Of a DNA stretch of 18,587 nucleotides, positions 1 to 8,942 are shown one piece after another (position 1 is the stretch's first letter; the number at the start of each line of letters is the position of its first letter). The position numbers and the translations under genes were made by a program. The notes under the pieces were generated by a model. It was given only the letters and a program-made list of their open reading frames with translations, was not told the origin of the DNA and did not search any database. Source of the stretch: Gemmatimonadota bacterium (GTDB lineage Bacteria; Latescibacterota; UBA2968; UBA8231); assembly GCA_038153405.1 (NCBI GenBank), contig JAYOYH010000072.1, forward strand, positions 1 to 18,587, given 5' to 3'.

Positions 1-7
1 TTTTATA

Positions 8-84
8 TGGTGGGCGATACTGGATTTGAACCAGTGGCCTCCGGTATGTGAGACCGGCGCTCTAACCAACTGAGCTAATCGCCC
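8..84 (-). tRNA. tRNA-Val (anticodon CAC)
   Basis: Reverse complement GGGCGATTAGCTCAGTTGGTTAGAGCGCCGGTCTCACATACCGGAGGCCACTGGTTCAAATCCAGTATCGCCCACCA folds as a cloverleaf. Anticodon arm CCGGT-CT-CAC-AT-ACCGG, T-loop GTTCAAA, encoded CCA end. Confidence 0.96.
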
Positions 85-97
85 GCATCGGGCAAGA

Positions 98-176
<79 letters not shown>

Positions 177-190
177 AAAAGCAAAGACCA

Positions 191-218
191 AATGTAGATG
201 TTTTCCACTTAGGGTCAA
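191..218 (-). promoter_or_regulatory. sigma70-like promoter for the tRNA pair
   Basis: Minus strand TTGACC(218-213)-N16-TACATT(196-191), just upstream of tRNA-Ile2. The -35 overlaps the dnaG TGA stop. Confidence 0.55.
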
Positions 219-2011
219 GAGCTTTGTGCGTCTCCGTAGCGTTGTCGTTCCTGGTTTAGCTGCATGAGCTGGCCGCTGAGGTGAAGCACCTCAGCGTCGT
301 TGCCATTCTGCTCGGCTCGGGCGAGCGCGTGGCGGGTGGAGAGCATGCGTCGCTGCAGTGAAGTGCGCTGAAAAAACGAAACCGATTGGCGCCACTGTTC
401 TTCCACCTGTTCTTCGGAGAAGCCAAACATCGCGCATTCGCTTATCAGGCGGCCCAAGTGCTCGTCCTCGAGCGCATCGATCAGCAGCGCTAGGTCGACG
501 GGCTCTGCATTGGAAAAGCGTCCGTAGAGGGCTTTGAGCAGCGCGCTGCAGGCGCTGGATTCTAGGCATTCGACGTTTAGTTCGGCTGCCGTAGGTGCTA
601 TATAGTCGGGGTAGTGCAGAAGCAGTCCGATAAATTCGCGCTCGCGGCGCGGTGGTTCGGGCTCCTGAGCGACGGCTGGTTCGGCCGCTGGAGCCGCGCG
701 CGTTCGCCCCTGGCGCTGGACCACCTGACGCATTTCCTGACGCAGTGCGCTTTCGTCTACGGACAGTCGCTGGGCGACTTCGCGCATCATTAGATCGCGC
801 CGCACGGCATCGCGCGGCCGAGCTAAGAGCGGCTTGAGCGCTTCTATGGCCTGCGCTTTGCCCTGCACGCTGCCGAGGTCGTGCTGTTGGCCCATTTGAT
901 GCAGGTAAAAGTCGAGGGCGGATTGGCCCTTTTCCGCCATGGCCAGCAGCGCATCCGGTCCTTCCGACTGTATAAACGTGTCGGGATCGTGTTCGCTGGG
1001 CAAGGAGACCACGCGCGCATCGGCGCCGCTGCCCAAAACGATTTCAAGACCGCGCATAGCGGCATTGGATCCGGCGGCATCGCCGTCGAAGAGCAGGACG
1101 ATGCGGTGCGCGTAGCGCGATAGCGCGCGGCAGTGGTCTTCCGTCAGCGCCGTTCCCGAGGTTGCTACCACGTTTTCTATACCTGCCTGCACCAGGCTCA
1201 GCAGGTCCATATAGCCCTCGACGACGAGGGCCGTGTCGCTGCGGCGTATCGCCTCGCGCGTGTGGGCCAAGCCATAGAGAACGTTTCCCTTGTGGTAGAT
1301 GGCCGTCTCGGGCGAGTTGAGGTATTTGGGTTCCTGATCCGGTTGCAGGGCGCGCGCGCCGAATGCGATAACGCGGTTGGATAAGTTTGCGATGGCAAAG
1401 GTGGCTCGGTCGCGGAAGCGGTCGTAGTGGCCGCTGCCGCTTTGTCGGGTCAGGGCCAATCCAGCGCGCTCCAGCACGTGCGGTCCCAGGCCGCGTCGCC
1501 CCGCCACTTTTAGCAGGCCGTCCCACGCGGCCGGGGCATAGCCCAGTCCAAAGCGCTCGATCGTCTCATCGCTCAGGCGGCGATTGCGCAGATAGGCCAG
1601 CGCATGTTCGCCTGCGCTGTCGTTGAGCAGCATGTGGTGGTAGTATTTGCTGGCTAGGTCATTGGCCCGGTATATTTCGTCTGCTGCGTCATTGGCGGCG
1701 CGTGTGGGGGCATCGTCTTGCGGCAGGGCGATGCCTGCGCGTGCGGCGAGAAAGGTCACGGCTTCGACAAAGCTGACGCGATCTATTTCCTGAATGAATT
1801 TAAACGCGTTACCCCCAGCACCGCAGCCAAAACAGTGGTAAATTTGCCGTTCGGGGCTGACGCTAAAAGAGGGTGAATTCTCGTTGTGAAATGGGCACAG
1901 GCCAAATAAGTTGCGGCCCTTCTTGCTCAGTTGAACGTGCTCGGAGACAATCTCGGCGATATCTGTGGCATCGCGGATGCGCTCCAATATGTCTTCGGGG
2001 ATGCGGGGCAT
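215..2011 (-). CDS. dnaG: DNA primase
   Basis: 598 aa. CHC2 zinc finger (CPFH...CFGC), FRDR/PKYLNSPET core motifs, TOPRIM motifs EGYMD and DGDAAG, helical C-terminal DnaB-binding region. Confidence 0.98.
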   Translation of the reverse strand: MPRIPEDILERIRDATDIAEIVSEHVQLSKKGRNLFGLCPFHNENSPSFSVSPERQIYHCFGCGAGGNAFKFIQEIDRVSFVEAVTFLAARAGIALPQDDAPTRAANDAADEIYRANDLASKYYHHMLLNDSAGEHALAYLRNRRLSDETIERFGLGYAPAAWDGLLKVAGRRGLGPHVLERAGLALTRQSGSGHYDRFRDRATFAIANLSNRVIAFGARALQPDQEPKYLNSPETAIYHKGNVLYGLAHTREAIRRSDTALVVEGYMDLLSLVQAGIENVVATSGTALTEDHCRALSRYAHRIVLLFDGDAAGSNAAMRGLEIVLGSGADARVVSLPSEHDPDTFIQSEGPDALLAMAEKGQSALDFYLHQMGQQHDLGSVQGKAQAIEALKPLLARPRDAVRRDLMMREVAQRLSVDESALRQEMRQVVQRQGRTRAAPAAEPAVAQEPEPPRREREFIGLLLHYPDYIAPTAAELNVECLESSACSALLKALYGRFSNAEPVDLALLIDALEDEHLGRLISECAMFGFSEEQVEEQWRQSVSFFQRTSLQRRMLSTRHALARAEQNGNDAEVLHLSGQLMQLNQERQRYGDAQSS

Positions 2012-2062
2012 TGCTCGGCGGACTTCTTTAACCTATTATTGACCAGTGGTAGGATGTTAGTT

Positions 2063-2091
2063 AAGATATTTTTGCTCGCAGCTCGGGTCAA
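2063..2091 (-). promoter_or_regulatory. sigma70-like promoter for dnaG
   Basis: Minus strand TTGACC(2091-2086)-N17-TATCTT(2068-2063), about 50 nt upstream of the dnaG ATG. Confidence 0.6.
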
Positions 2092-2308
2092 GGCCAGTGG
2101 GATTGGGATGATGTCGACTGTCGACCTTATTGCTGCGCGCAACAGGCAAGAAGTAACCCGCTCACCGCAGAGGTGCTGTCCGCGCTTTCGCGGTGGTGTT
2201 CGGTTGGTGCTCGGGGCCATAGAAAGAGGCATTTTTTTCTCGGCGAGCTCTATGGCGGCTCCGTTGTGATAAAAGGGAGGTGGTCGGCACAAATAATTAA
2301 GAAATCGC

Positions 2309-2336
2309 TTGACTCTGAAGTTTATTGCCATAAATT
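2309..2336 (+). promoter_or_regulatory. sigma70-like promoter for secreted protein 1
   Basis: TTGACT(2309-2314)-N16-TAAATT(2331-2336), preceded by an AT-rich UP-like tract (AAATAATTAAGAAA). Confidence 0.5.
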
Positions 2337-2497
2337 TACGTCAATTATCTAGTGTAGGTATTAGTTCGCACCACCGTCGTATACGCAAAGCATTTAACCA
2401 ATTGTGCCCTCTACCGGGGCCGGGACCAACGAGCTGCGTCTATTTCCGGCCTTTACCGGAAACGGAACTGACAGCATCGATGAGGAGGATATCGGAC

Positions 2498-4192
2498 ATG
2501 TCGAGAGGCAAAAAAGTGTTCTTTTCGGGCTTAGCCCTACTGGGGCTGAGTTCTTTTTTCGCGTACGCCAATCCGGCTGAAGCGGCAATGACGGTCAGCT
2601 CAGCGCCTGCTGCCGGTGTGGACAACATCGCGCCGGGCTCTGTGAGCGCGGTGGCCGTTGAAGCGGATTTGGGTGCGGTTACCGTCACCGTCTCATGGGG
2701 ATTGGCCGCAGCTGACTTCGTGCGCCAGGCTCCCGTGGGGTCCGACCTGACGTCCGGCGGCGTCTTCAGGAATGTCAACGACGTCGCTGGTTATAATGTC
2801 TGGCGCCGTCCTGTCGGCGGCGAAAACGCGCTGGTGTCCAATGTGGGCTCTGGTTCGGTTTCCTATATCGACAGCACGGTCCAAGCCGGCCTCACCTACA
2901 TCTACTCGGTCACGGCGGTCGACCGCTCCGGTAACGAGAGCGGTGTTATCGAGTCCGACCAGATCAATTTGGGACCGCCGCCGTCGGGTGGTAAGCCCGC
3001 CGTGCCGCCGGGTTCGGTTATCAGCAAGGCCGCTCAGCTCAAGCTCGACGGGGAACTGCCGACTGCCGAAGCGCGGGACAAGTTTATAGCCGACATGCGC
3101 GCCGCACTGGCAGAGCTGTTGGGCATCTCCATCGACCGCATTAATATCAAAGGCCTGACAGCTGGTAGCATTATCATCGACTTTGAAATCGAGGACGATC
3201 CTGCATCGACCGTTTCAGTCGACGATGCCGTTGCCAGCCTTGAGACGCAGCTAACGGAGAATCCCAATGCCTTTGCCAGTGTCGAAGGGGCGGGCACGGT
3301 GTTGGAGGTTGTTTCTTTCAAGGCAAACCTCTCGTCCGTAGATCTTGGCGCCGTGGGCGTCGATCAAATTGCCTTTGAGACGCTGTCCTTCACCAATGCG
3401 GCGACGGACTCGGGGGCGGTTCTCAGCGTAACGGCATCCGTAAGCGGTGATGGCTATTCGGTTTCTGTTGCGACGCTATCGCTGGCCAGTGGCCAGACGG
3501 GTTCTATCGACGTCCAGTTTGATGCGGCGGCTGTCGGCAACTTGAACGGCTCCTATGCCGGTTCCTTAACCGTGCTGACCAACGATCCCAACCAGCGCGA
3601 GACCATCGTGTCTCTATCGGCTTCTATTGAAGCTGGGCTAGACTTGGCCAGTATTGCTGTCAGCGGTGCTGTGCCGGCCAATTTCGGCAGTGTATTTATC
3701 GGCTCCAGTCGGTCACTCGTGGTCAATGTCGCCAACAATGGCGATCTGACGCTCACGGGCAGCTTGGCCATTGAGGGCGCTGCCGCTTTCACTGAGGCCA
3801 CGGGCAGCTTTAGCGTAGAAGGTGGCCAGTCCGTTGCCGTATCCGTCGCGTTTACGCCGACCGCGGTTGGCGCTGCGAGCGGTGAGCTGGTCATCACCAG
3901 CAACGATGCCGGTCGGCCTGAAGTGCGCGTCGCTCTGTCGGGTAGCGGTAGCGATCCCGGTAGCGTGCAGATCTTGGTTGACGGGGACGGCGCTCAGGTT
4001 TTTGGCGACTTTGATGGCAGCACGGTAGTGAATTTTGACGATTTCTTCATCTTTGCCGATAACTTCGGTGTGACGCCTCCGGCCAATGCGGCGACCGATC
4101 TCGACGCCAATGGCCAAGTTAACTTCGACGATTTCTTTATCTTCGCGGATAACTTCGGCAAGTCGGGCACCTACGTCGGTGCTGGCGGTTGA
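2498..4192 (+). CDS. Secreted modular surface protein: signal peptide, FN3, SEA-like domain, two Ig/ASH-like domains, dockerin-like EF-hand pair
   Basis: Start moved to ATG 2498 because of the strong SD GAGGAGG at 2482-2488 (564 aa). Sec signal MSRGKKVFF...AEA. FN3 hallmarks (VSW, GYNVWR, YIYSVTAVDRSGNES). Two repeats of the [F/L]GxV...N...GxLx[IV]x[ST]ND type. C-terminal GDFDG..VNFDDFFIFADNFG and DLDANGQVNFDDFFIFADNFG. Confidence 0.85.
   Translation: MSRGKKVFFSGLALLGLSSFFAYANPAEAAMTVSSAPAAGVDNIAPGSVSAVAVEADLGAVTVTVSWGLAAADFVRQAPVGSDLTSGGVFRNVNDVAGYNVWRRPVGGENALVSNVGSGSVSYIDSTVQAGLTYIYSVTAVDRSGNESGVIESDQINLGPPPSGGKPAVPPGSVISKAAQLKLDGELPTAEARDKFIADMRAALAELLGISIDRINIKGLTAGSIIIDFEIEDDPASTVSVDDAVASLETQLTENPNAFASVEGAGTVLEVVSFKANLSSVDLGAVGVDQIAFETLSFTNAATDSGAVLSVTASVSGDGYSVSVATLSLASGQTGSIDVQFDAAAVGNLNGSYAGSLTVLTNDPNQRETIVSLSASIEAGLDLASIAVSGAVPANFGSVFIGSSRSLVVNVANNGDLTLTGSLAIEGAAAFTEATGSFSVEGGQSVAVSVAFTPTAVGAASGELVITSNDAGRPEVRVALSGSGSDPGSVQILVDGDGAQVFGDFDGSTVVNFDDFFIFADNFGVTPPANAATDLDANGQVNFDDFFIFADNFGKSGTYVGAGG
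4028..4159 (+). repeat. Intragenic 42-nt repeat (90-nt period) encoding VNFDDFFIFADNFG twice
   Basis: 4028-4069 versus 4118-4159: identical 14-aa peptide, with 7 nucleotide differences that are all synonymous. Confidence 0.9.
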
Positions 4193-4266
4193 TCTGGCGT
4201 GGGAAGGTGCTTAAAAGCCATCCCCGCTATCGTATAGGAACGTAAAACAGTTCCGAGAACTATGAG

Positions 4267-4303
4267 AAAGCGATGCGTTACTCCGGTAGCGCATCGCTTT
4301 TTT
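4267..4303 (+). terminator. Rho-independent terminator after secreted protein 1
   Basis: AAAGCGATGCGTTAC-TCCG-GTAGCGCATCGCTTT stem running into a T6 tract. Confidence 0.85.
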
Positions 4304-4318
4304 GCGTTTGAAAAAGAC

Positions 4319-4348
4319 TTGACCCGGAGTAAGCAGGTCGTTTAGATT
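4319..4348 (+). promoter_or_regulatory. sigma70-like promoter for secreted protein 2
   Basis: TTGACC(4319-4324)-N18-TAGATT(4343-4348), directly after the terminator. SD GGAGGT at 4389-4394. Confidence 0.5.
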
Positions 4349-4403
4349 AGATATCCGCCTCTTCTCTTGCACGGAAATCATTTAACACGGAGGTCGCCGC
4401 ATT

Positions 4404-5459
4404 ATGTTGAAGAAAGCGTTGTCTATTGGTCTACTGGCGCTTTGTGCTGGCACGGCCAGCGCGCAATTCACATCTACGGCCGAACAGGTGGCCGCTGTCG
4501 ACAATATCCCACCGTCTCCGGTGACGGATCTGCAGGCCCTAGTTGCCGGCGGAGCGAATGCGCGCAGCGTAGCGCTTACGTGGACCCTTTCGGTCGATGA
4601 TGCCCTCCTGTTTACCTCCTCCATTGGCGGCGTAGTGGTGCCTTCTGCGGACGTGCGTGGTTATCGGGTGTATCGGATGGACGAGGGGGGGAGCGAGGTG
4701 CTGCTTGCCACGCTGCCAGCCGGAGTGTCCGAGTATTTCGACAGCAGCGTAGAGGATGGCGCTTCTTATATCTACTCGGTGCGGCCCTTTGATTTGGACA
4801 ACGAAACCGACGTCGACGTCGTCGCCGGATCAAAGGCTGACTTGGCGCGCATCGTCTTGGTTGGCGGGCCTTCGGAGGTCACAGTAAAGACAACGATCAA
4901 AGCGTCTATGCGGATCAATAGCAATGTGAACTTGGCCGACGAGAATGCCGTAGCCGTTTTTACTGAACAATTCATTCAGAACCTAACGGCCCTACTGCGC
5001 ATCGACCGCGCGCGTATCGTTATTACGGGCCTTGCCTCGGGTAGCGTAATTGTTTCCTTCGAGATCGCCGAGCCGGATGCTGGCTCAGAGGAGCTCAGTG
5101 CCACGGATGCGCTATCTAATCTCAAGGCGGAAGTTGTGGCTGGCACGGACGCCTTCGATGTAATCGGTGGCGTATTGGCGCTCGAAGACGAGTCGACCTC
5201 GGTGTTGGTTCCAGTAGAAACGCCGTTAGACAGCGAGGGAAATCCGATTTTGGGATGGTTTACGCGCCAGGGAGATCAGGTGGGCTTCGACGATTTCTTC
5301 CTCTTTGCAGACCACTTTGGAACGTCGGCAGGCGATGTCGGCTACGATGCTCGATTCGACATTGTGCCCGATGGCAGCATCGATTTTGGCGATTTCTTCC
5401 GCTTTGCCGATGATTTTGGCAAGGTAGTTGCCAACGCCTCTGTGATAAATGGTGGCTGA
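4404..5459 (+). CDS. Secreted modular surface protein (paralog of 2498..4192): signal peptide, FN3, SEA-like domain, dockerin-like EF-hand pair
   Basis: 351 aa. Signal MLKKALSIGLLALCAGTASA. Shares VDNIxP, GYxVxR and YIYSV FN3 motifs and LLxIxxxRIxIxGLxxGSxIxxFEI with the upstream protein. Tail VGFDDFFLFADHFG...DIVPDGSIDFGDFFRFADDFG. Confidence 0.85.
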   Translation: MLKKALSIGLLALCAGTASAQFTSTAEQVAAVDNIPPSPVTDLQALVAGGANARSVALTWTLSVDDALLFTSSIGGVVVPSADVRGYRVYRMDEGGSEVLLATLPAGVSEYFDSSVEDGASYIYSVRPFDLDNETDVDVVAGSKADLARIVLVGGPSEVTVKTTIKASMRINSNVNLADENAVAVFTEQFIQNLTALLRIDRARIVITGLASGSVIVSFEIAEPDAGSEELSATDALSNLKAEVVAGTDAFDVIGGVLALEDESTSVLVPVETPLDSEGNPILGWFTRQGDQVGFDDFFLFADHFGTSAGDVGYDARFDIVPDGSIDFGDFFRFADDFGKVVANASVINGG

Positions 5460-5530
5460 TTTGCCGTGATTTTAGGACTGCGGTGCAAGGGCGTCTGCTC
5501 TTAGCTCGCTTTGCGCCGCAGTCCTTCCTC

Positions 5531-5559
5531 TTGACAAGTGCACCGTTGCTTCATAACTT
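5531..5559 (+). promoter_or_regulatory. sigma70-like promoter for the rho operon
   Basis: Perfect TTGACA(5531-5536)-N17-TAACTT(5554-5559), which implies a 5' leader of about 330 nt before the rho ATG. Confidence 0.65.
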
Positions 5560-5897
5560 TGCATGGTTCCTACTTCCCGCTCGCTTTTACGAAATATCCC
5601 GCACAACGGAGTACCGAAGCGCCCAAACGAGTATAGACGAGGGATACGAGCGGTTTTCCTCGCTGTCAGTACTTGGTCATTTGGGCACGGACATATAGTT
5701 AGTACCTCCCTTTACGAGTCTAAAATCACGAGATAGCACGCGGTCGCCATTTCCCGATTGGTCGTGATGGCCGTAAAGTGCACACCTACCGACCGAACTG
5801 AATCGCATTTTGTGCACGAATACCCGTATAGGCTTGGTTCCTGGCTTTCACTCAGCTGTACGTGCTCACTAATTAGCAAAGGTCGCAAGGAGATATA

Positions 5898-7172
5898 ATG
5901 CCGCCTGCCAACAAAAACCAGAAGATGAATATCGTCGAACTCCAGCGCATGAATATTCTGGACCTGCAGGAGCTGGCCAGGAATTTGGAGGTTGCCGACT
6001 TTACGGCCCTGCGCAAGCAAGAACTGATCTTTGCCATCCTGAAGCACCAGACCGAGCGCAGCGGGCTCATCTTTGCACAGGGCGTTTTGGAAGTCTTGGA
6101 AGAGGGGTTCGGCTTTCTGCGTTCGCCGAGCTACAACTATCTGCCGGGACCAGATGATATATACGTCTCCCATTCGCAAATCAAGCGCTTTAGTCTGCGC
6201 ACGGGCGACACCATTTCCGGGCAAATACGCCCGCCTAAAAACGACGAGAAATACTTTGCGCTGCTGCGCGTAGAGGCGATCAACTTCGAAGATCCGGAAG
6301 TCACCAAGAACAAGACGATCTTTGAAAACTTGACGGCGCTGCATCCGGCTGAGCGGTTCAAGCTCGAGCACAGCCCGAAGGACATGACGACGCGCATTCT
6401 CGATTTGCTCTCGCCGATTGGCAAGGGGCAGCGTGGACTGATCGTCGCACCTCCGTTTACCGGTAAAACCATGCTTCTACAGAAGTTGGCCAACGCCATT
6501 ACGACCAATCATCCCGAAGTCGTGCTCATTGTCTTGCTGATTGACGAGCGACCGGAAGAGGTCACGGATATGCTGCGTTCGGTCAACGGCGAAGTCATTA
6601 GCTCGACTTTTGACGAGCCGGCCACGCGCCACGTCCAGGTTGCCGAAATGGTCATCGAGAAGGCGCGTCGCCTAATCGAGCATAAGCGCGACGTGGTGAT
6701 TTTGCTCGACAGCATCACGCGTCTGGCGCGCGCCTACAATACGGTGACACCGCACTCGGGGCGCATCCTGACGGGCGGGGTCGATTCTACGGCACTACAG
6801 TGGCCGCGGCGTTTTTTCGCCGCCGCGCGCAATGTCGAAGAGGGCGGTAGCTTGAGCATCATTGCCACCGCGTTGGTCGAGACCGGCAGCCGCATGGACG
6901 AGGTTATCTTTGAGGAATTCAAGGGCACTGGCAATATGCAGGTCCAACTCGATCGCCGCCTGAGCGGTCGGCGCATTTATCCCGCCATTGACGTGACGCA
7001 GACCAGCACGCGCAAAGAAGAACTGCTGCTCTCCGAGTTTGAGCTGAGTCGCTCGTGGATTCTGCGTCGCATCCTCAACCAGATGGGAGTGGTCGAGGGC
7101 ATGGAGTTTTTGATGGAGCGCATGGAGGGCACCTCGTCCAACGAGGAGTTTCTGAAGGCGATGAACGACTAG
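5898..7172 (+). CDS. rho: Transcription termination factor Rho
   Basis: 424 aa. GFGFLR and DIYVS RNA-binding motifs, [18 protein letters not shown] Walker [36 protein letters not shown] before the ATG. Confidence 0.98.
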   Translation: MPPANKNQKMNIVELQRMNILDLQELARNLEVADFTALRKQELIFAILKHQTERSGLIFAQGVLEVLEEGFGFLRSPSYNYLPGPDDIYVSHSQIKRFSLRTGDTISGQIRPPKNDEKYFALLRVEAINFEDPEVTKNKTIFENLTALHPAERFKLEHSPKDMTTRILDLLSPIGKGQRGLIVAPPFTGKTMLLQKLANAITTNHPEVVLIVLLIDERPEEVTDMLRSVNGEVISSTFDEPATRHVQVAEMVIEKARRLIEHKRDVVILLDSITRLARAYNTVTPHSGRILTGGVDSTALQWPRRFFAAARNVEEGGSLSIIATALVETGSRMDEVIFEEFKGTGNMQVQLDRRLSGRRIYPAIDVTQTSTRKEELLLSEFELSRSWILRRILNQMGVVEGMEFLMERMEGTSSNEEFLKAMND

Positions 7173-7281
7173 CGGGGCAGGTGTTAGTGGGTAGATCTTG
7201 CGTTTTTGCAAGCGCGGCCTATTTTATTACTTCTTGTGCAAAGATTGAATCTTTCGCGTCAGAACGTTCGGAGGAAAGAAA

Positions 7282-7581
7282 GTGAAAGCAGATATCCATC
7301 CCGATTACCATTCTGTGATTTTTTTAGATTCGAGCTGCGATTTTAAGATCCTCTCCCGCTCGACGCTCAGTTCACAAGAGACGATGGAATGGGAAGACGG
7401 CAATAGCTATCCGGTTATCCGCGTGGAAGTCAGTTCGGCATCGCATCCGTTTTATACGGGCAAGCGCCAACTGGTGCTCGACCGCGGTGGACGCATCGAG
7501 CAGTTCCAGCGTCGCTATGCAAAAAAGGCCGAAGAAGCCGAAGAGGCTCCCGTCGAAGCTGAGGGCGCTGCGCAGGCTTAG
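7282..7581 (+). CDS. rpmE2: 50S ribosomal protein L31, type B (zinc-free)
   Basis: GTG start after [14 protein letters not shown]...YP...[12 protein letters not shown], no CxxC motifs, type-B insertion ([12 protein letters not shown]), acidic Ala/Glu-rich tail. Confidence 0.93.
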   Translation: MKADIHPDYHSVIFLDSSCDFKILSRSTLSSQETMEWEDGNSYPVIRVEVSSASHPFYTGKRQLVLDRGGRIEQFQRRYAKKAEEAEEAPVEAEGAAQA

Positions 7582-7599
7582 CTAAGATCGTCGCATTGT

Positions 7600-7646
7600 A
7601 AGGTGGTAAGGTGTGTTCCTCGGGGGCAGCGCCTTATCACCTTTTT
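7600..7646 (+). terminator. Rho-independent terminator after rpmE
   Basis: AAGGTGGTAAGGTG...CGCCTTATCACCTT stem (G-U pairs on the + strand) running into a T5 tract. Confidence 0.75.
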
Positions 7647-7865
7647 CGTGTACGGAATGCTGCGTGGACAGAGCGCCGCTCACAGAGGGTCGCTCGGTGG
7701 GCTGATGGTCATTAACGGCGCGACGATGTCGTCGTGGTTAATGCGCGTTTCGATGCCAAAAGATGATGCGATGGGAGTGTCATCATCGCGGTGCTGCGTC
7801 GAGCGAAGGTGACGCCATTGGCGGTCTTGGACGCCTGAATGCACTCTACTGGGAGGGGTTGTCAT

Positions 7866-8936
<1,071 letters not shown>

Positions 8937-8942
8937 CGGGCG

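Noticed and set aside
1..84. tRNA 3' end as an integration site for a mobile element
   Set aside because: The window ends 7 nt past the tRNA. No integrase or duplicated tRNA 3' end is visible in the window.
1927..2331. ORFs 1927..2331(-) and 1931..2269(+) in the dnaG divergent promoter region
   Set aside because: They overlap dnaG and promoter elements, and show no SD or protein-like motifs.
2380..2430. ACGCAAAGC resembling part of a c-di-GMP-I riboswitch
   Set aside because: The upstream GGCAAA/GNRA P2 stem and the downstream tetraloop-receptor elements are missing.
2309..2497. N-terminal 63 codons of the 627-aa ORF (TTG start at 2309)
   Set aside because: The TTG is the -35 box. The strong SD and the signal peptide point to ATG 2498 (ATG 2480 has no SD).
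4404..4463. Lipoprotein signal in secreted protein 2 (LALC)
   Set aside because: Leu at -1 does not fit the lipobox, and a good signal peptidase I site (ASA-Q) follows.
4028..5423. FDDFF-encoding nucleotide repeats as a CRISPR array or DGR template/variable repeat pair
   Set aside because: The repeats are in-frame protein motifs. Within protein 1 they differ only at synonymous, non-adenine-specific positions. No reverse transcriptase or cas gene is present.
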